The notes under the pieces: generated by a model
Seen by the model: only the letters and a program-made list of their open reading frames with translations
Databases searched by the model: none
What the model was told of the DNA's origin: nothing
Program-made: the position numbers and the translations under genes
Part shown: positions 60,851-64,000 of the stretch, one piece after another
Position numbering within the stretch: the stretch's first letter is position 1
Layout of the letters: every line of letters starts with the position of its first letter
NCBI RefSeq assembly: GCF_036321535.1
Contig: NC_087436.1
Location: 115,694,001 to 115,758,000 of the forward strand
DNA: 64,000 nucleotides
Reading direction: 5' to 3'
DNA from: Camelus dromedarius
Lineage: Eukaryota

Positions 60851-61574
60851 TAAGCCAAGGGTTAGACTCTTAGAGAAGATACATAATTTGCTCTTCATTT
60901 CAGGGCTAGTAAGTAGCAAACTGTCTGACTGCACAGTCCATGCTTTTATGTTTTATTGCTTATGGCATGATATTTTAAGTGAGCTTTTAAAAACGAATAG
61001 ACTTTTGATGTCCAGGAATGCTGAGGAGGGCACTAGGGCTGAGGACACAGCAATATTTATGGCACAAAAGTGGAAGAGGACAGAGATGGCGTGGAGGGCG
61101 GTGATTCTGTCATTCAGGGCGATTTCAGTATAAGGCTTAGGGAGAATCACATCAAGAAATGAATCCAACTAAAATGAAGGGAAAGAAAAAGAAACAGCTA
61201 GTGGTCTTTTTTCCTCCACTGATGCAGGATTCATGAATGGAGGTGATGTTCTAACACCCAGCTCTGAAAGTAGACGGTCATGCCCTTGGATGTTTTGTTG
61301 TTATTATATACAGATTACTATGTGAAAGGGGTTTCAAAGTTATTCTCTGTGCTTTCCAAAGATAGAATTAAGAAGAGGCATTTTTTCAGAACCAGGTTAA
61401 CACTCAATTAACAAAATAGTTCCAAAACTGTCTGACCTTTCTAAGGAGCGTTGTTTCAAAAAGTTCTCAGTTACCATGAGTGTTAAAACACATTAGATTC
61501 AACATTCAGTAAAAATGGTTCTTATTTGTCACACACACTGTTTTTGTTCCTTTCAGCTTTCTGTACACGATCCA

Positions 61575-61934
61575 CATGGCTCATTTGGGTGCTGTGACAA
61601 GAATAACGTGAGCTGGGGGGTCTTTAACAATAAACATTGATTTCTCACAGTTCTGGGGACTGGGAGGTCCAAGTTCAAGGCATTGGCCTATTCTGTCTAG
61701 TGAGAGCCCACTTTCTGTTTGATAGACGGCAGCCTTCTTACTGTGTCCTCACATCGTGAAAGGAGCAAGAAAGTTCTCTTGGGTCTCTGTTTTTAAGGAC
61801 ACTAATCTCATTTATTGGGACTCCACTCTTGTGCCCTAATCATCTCCCAAAGGATCTCCTAATGCCATCACCTTGGGGGCTAAGATTTCAACATACGCAT
61901 TTAGGGGAAGGACACACACATTCAGTCCACAATA
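61575..61934 (-). mobile_element. MLT1A-type MaLR LTR
   Basis: atttctcacagttctggggactgggaggtccaagttcaagg...ggacacacacattcagtccac. Confidence 0.9.
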
Positions 61935-62509
61935 ACCAGCTTTAATCCAAAATGTTCAAGCTGTTGCTTCTTGCAAAGTTCTTTTCAGAAACATTTGTTA
62001 TTCCTCATTCTTTATCTAGCTCTATGTTTATACCAATTTCTGACATATGTGAATAGAACAAAATTTACTTTCATCTTTACCTTGGTGTTGTATTCATGAC
62101 TTTGTAGATAAAGACTTGCTAAGAGAGAACCAGTATAAAGCATATAGCTTTACAATAGTCAGGAAAGAAATTGGACAGGAGGATAAAGAGAGTGCAAAAC
62201 AAAGAAAGAGAAAATTGGTAAAGATTGGAGTTTACTATGATTACGGTAGATCTGATATGCAGTCAGTACATTATTATTATCTATTTTTAAGGCTGGATCA
62301 GGAATGTAGTGGGTGTAGGCGTGATTTAATTACAATGACTGTATGGCTCACTTAACTCCTGTCTGTTTTGTCACGCTACAGAATAAAAACAGCTATATTC
62401 ATAAGCTAGACTGTACGTTTCCCTTGACCATGTCTAGTTCGGTAAGAGCTTCTTGGATGTGAGATTAATGTTGGAAAATGGGCAGGAGCTTTGGAAGAAA
62501 AATAAATCA

Positions 62510-62700
62510 ATTTGCTGAGTCCCTATATTTACAAATCCCCAGCTATGTGATCCTCAGCAAACAGAGCAAGCTTCTTGAGCCTGAGACCCTGATTTGTAAA
62601 CTTGGGATGATAATGCAGTCTTGCTGGATCATTTAAGGATCAAGTGAGATAATAAATGTAAACAATGATGGCGCCTAGTAATCATTCAGTGGAAACCACC
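62510..62700 (+). mobile_element. MIR SINE
   Basis: agctatgtgatcctcagcaa; aggatcaagtgagataataaatgtaaa. Confidence 0.7.
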
Positions 62701-63728
62701 TCCTTTTGGTTAGAATGGGATGGGATGAGAGCAGACAGCGTCGCTGAGGTGGTGGATCCATCAGGGGCGAATAGCTTTAGAGCGCTACGTTCTAGAGTGA
62801 GCGTTTGCTCAGGGGTTTGTGTCTGGGAATTGAAGTTAGGTAAACGAAGAACAAAACCACCAAATTCAGCCTAGGAAAGCGATAAACTTCCACCCTCTGA
62901 GTTAGAGCTATTATTTGACGTTGAAGGCGGCAGAGAGGACTGGTAATACAGGACAAAACTGGATGTGAGCTTGTGTGTGTGTAGAAGTGAGTTGTGAGTG
63001 TGTGTGGGTGTGTGTGAGTGTGTTTGTGGATGTTAATTTATGGGAATGTTTATGTGACTGTTTGGAGAAGGGGAGGAGATGTAATGGCCTCTGAGAGCAG
63101 AAAAAAGGCGATGAGTAAACATGCAGTTGAACAGTAGTTACCAAGCATAACAGGGACCACAGAAGGAGAGGATAAAAATACAACTAAGATGGCATGGTTC
63201 TCACCCCCTTACACCTTTCGAAGTCGAAGAAGGTTCCATAGACAAGCTCAGATGAAGCGGGGATGAAATACCTGTATCCAGTGATGGTGTATATACTTGG
63301 CACAAGTTTTGCCAACTGTATGCCTACCTAGACAGGTGTGAATGGGGGATAAAATTCAGCCTACAGCCTACTTGCCAAGCCATGGGCCCACCATGGAGCT
63401 GCTTCCTTAGGGGAAAAGAGTGTTTGATTTTGTTTTAGTTTTACTCATTTGCATAAAGATGCTCTATGGGAACCAGGTGGCCCTGCCTACACCAGCATCT
63501 CCAGCCCACACTAGAGAAATGAGTACTACGGATGTGTTGTTGGAATGGAGCACGGCACGTCTTCTCCCATACATTGTGAAGCAAGGGGACTGACACACAA
63601 GACAAAGGAAAGCGCAGGCTACAGGGAGCAGTGCTGGACTTTTTTAGAGAGAAGCCAGCTTTCCAAAAAGTTTGTGCATCTTTAAAAAGAATAATTCCCT
63701 TATAATCATGAAACAGTGAGTACTGAAG

Positions 63729-64000
63729 TGTTAATGGACTGAGTTGTGCTCCCCAGCATTTATGTGTTGAAGGCTTAACCTCCAAGGTGAGTGTATTTGA
63801 AGACAGGGATTGTGAGGAAGTGATAAAGGTTAATTTAGGTTCTAAATTCTGGGCCCTAATCCTGCAGGGCTGGTGCCTTATAAGAAGAGGAAGAGGCACC
63901 AGAGCTCTCAGCCACGTGAAGACACAGCGAGAAGCTGGCTGTCTACGGGCCCAGTCTCCCAGAACTGTGAGGAAATAAAGTTCTCTTGTTTAAATGGCCC
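63729..64000 (+). mobile_element. MLT1B-like MaLR LTR, internally deleted, runs to window edge
   Basis: atggactgagttgtgctcccc...gttgaaggcttaacctcc; ccttataagaagaggaa; ccagaactgtgaggaaataaa. Confidence 0.88.

Noticed and set aside
62758..62770. CTCF-like ccatcaggggcga
   Set aside because: One G short, which misaligns the conserved GGC core
63441..63899. Longest ORF (152 aa)
   Set aside because: N-terminal part is antisense MLT1B LTR; no recognisable domain
1..64000. CRISPR array, operon or other prokaryotic-type system
   Set aside because: No repeat-spacer periodicity or dense coding; the sequence is mammalian and repeat-rich throughout

Overview
Mammalian genomic DNA, almost certainly camelid (alpaca/llama/camel): it carries two tRNA-derived Vic-1-type SINEs and cetartiodactyl-type L1 3' ends. 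I find no supportable protein-coding gene, tRNA/rRNA gene or CRISPR array. The supplied ORFs are microsatellite read-throughs, repeat remnants or chance ORFs. The window reads as intronic or intergenic sequence dominated by old repeats (L2, MIR, MLT1/MLT2/LTR16/LTR33, hAT MITEs, L1M), plus a few younger lineage-specific insertions. The best-supported notable structures are: (1) a twin-primed, 5'-inverted L1 inside an ERV1 solo LTR inside an L2; (2) an orphan internal L1 ORF2 patch with no tail or TSD; (3) an ultra-truncated L1 with a clean TSD; (4) two ERVL protease remnants, one joined head-on to a MaLR-internal/MLT2-LTR mosaic. Weaker candidates are plus-strand exons, hairpin clusters and enhancer-like motif clusters in non-repeat stretches. 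I see no convincing evidence of a new biological system. Repeat family names come from recalled consensus features, not a database search. Boundaries of old repeats are approximate (about +/-30-50 bp).
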